A stretch of DNA of 59,330 nucleotides from a virus (lineage: Duplodnaviria; Caudoviricetes): the IMG/VR virus record IMGVR_UViG_3300010400_000023, positions 1-59,330 of that record; one strand, given 5' to 3'. The notes beneath the pieces were generated by a model. The model was not told the origin of the DNA. It saw only the letters and a program-made list of their open reading frames with translations, and searched no databases. This document shows positions 59,313 to 59,330 of the stretch, one piece after another. The first letter of the stretch is position 1. Each line of letters opens with the position of its first letter. The position numbers and the translations under genes were made by a program.

Positions 59313-59330
59313 CACCCACCCCCGTCGCCG
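59313..59330. repeat. Terminal direct repeat, copy 2
   Basis: Identical to 1-18. Confidence 0.9.

Overview
The window is an apparently complete, circularly assembled ~59.3 kb temperate phage genome; its first 18 nt are repeated at the far end. It is GC-rich and podovirus-like, and a myxobacterial/deltaproteobacterial-type host is only an inference. Gene order: a cluster of small accessory genes (165-6480); terminase, portal, scaffold, major capsid protein (MCP), adaptor and tail; three large ejection-type proteins; two carbohydrate-active fibre/spike genes; lysis (GH25-like endolysin); a moron-like region; attP (3' half of a tRNA-Phe) with tyrosine integrase and excisionase; leftward early genes (clamp-like, SSB-like, Sak4-like ATPase, PD-(D/E)XK nuclease, HNH); a lambda-like CI/Cro switch with TCCAC-N5-GTGGA operators; and rightward replication genes (SF2 helicase, VRR-NUC, primase-VapE, sigma70-r4 protein). 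The most striking observation is that several 'hypothetical' accessory proteins are mosaics of short, diverged fragments homologous to this phage's own portal, MCP and large terminase. Two of them are framed by an N-terminal Zn ribbon and a shared novel C-terminal domain. This is a candidate decoy or assembly-interference system. A degenerate tRNA-like element at 42410-42485 is also notable. All homologies were judged by eye; no database searches were run.
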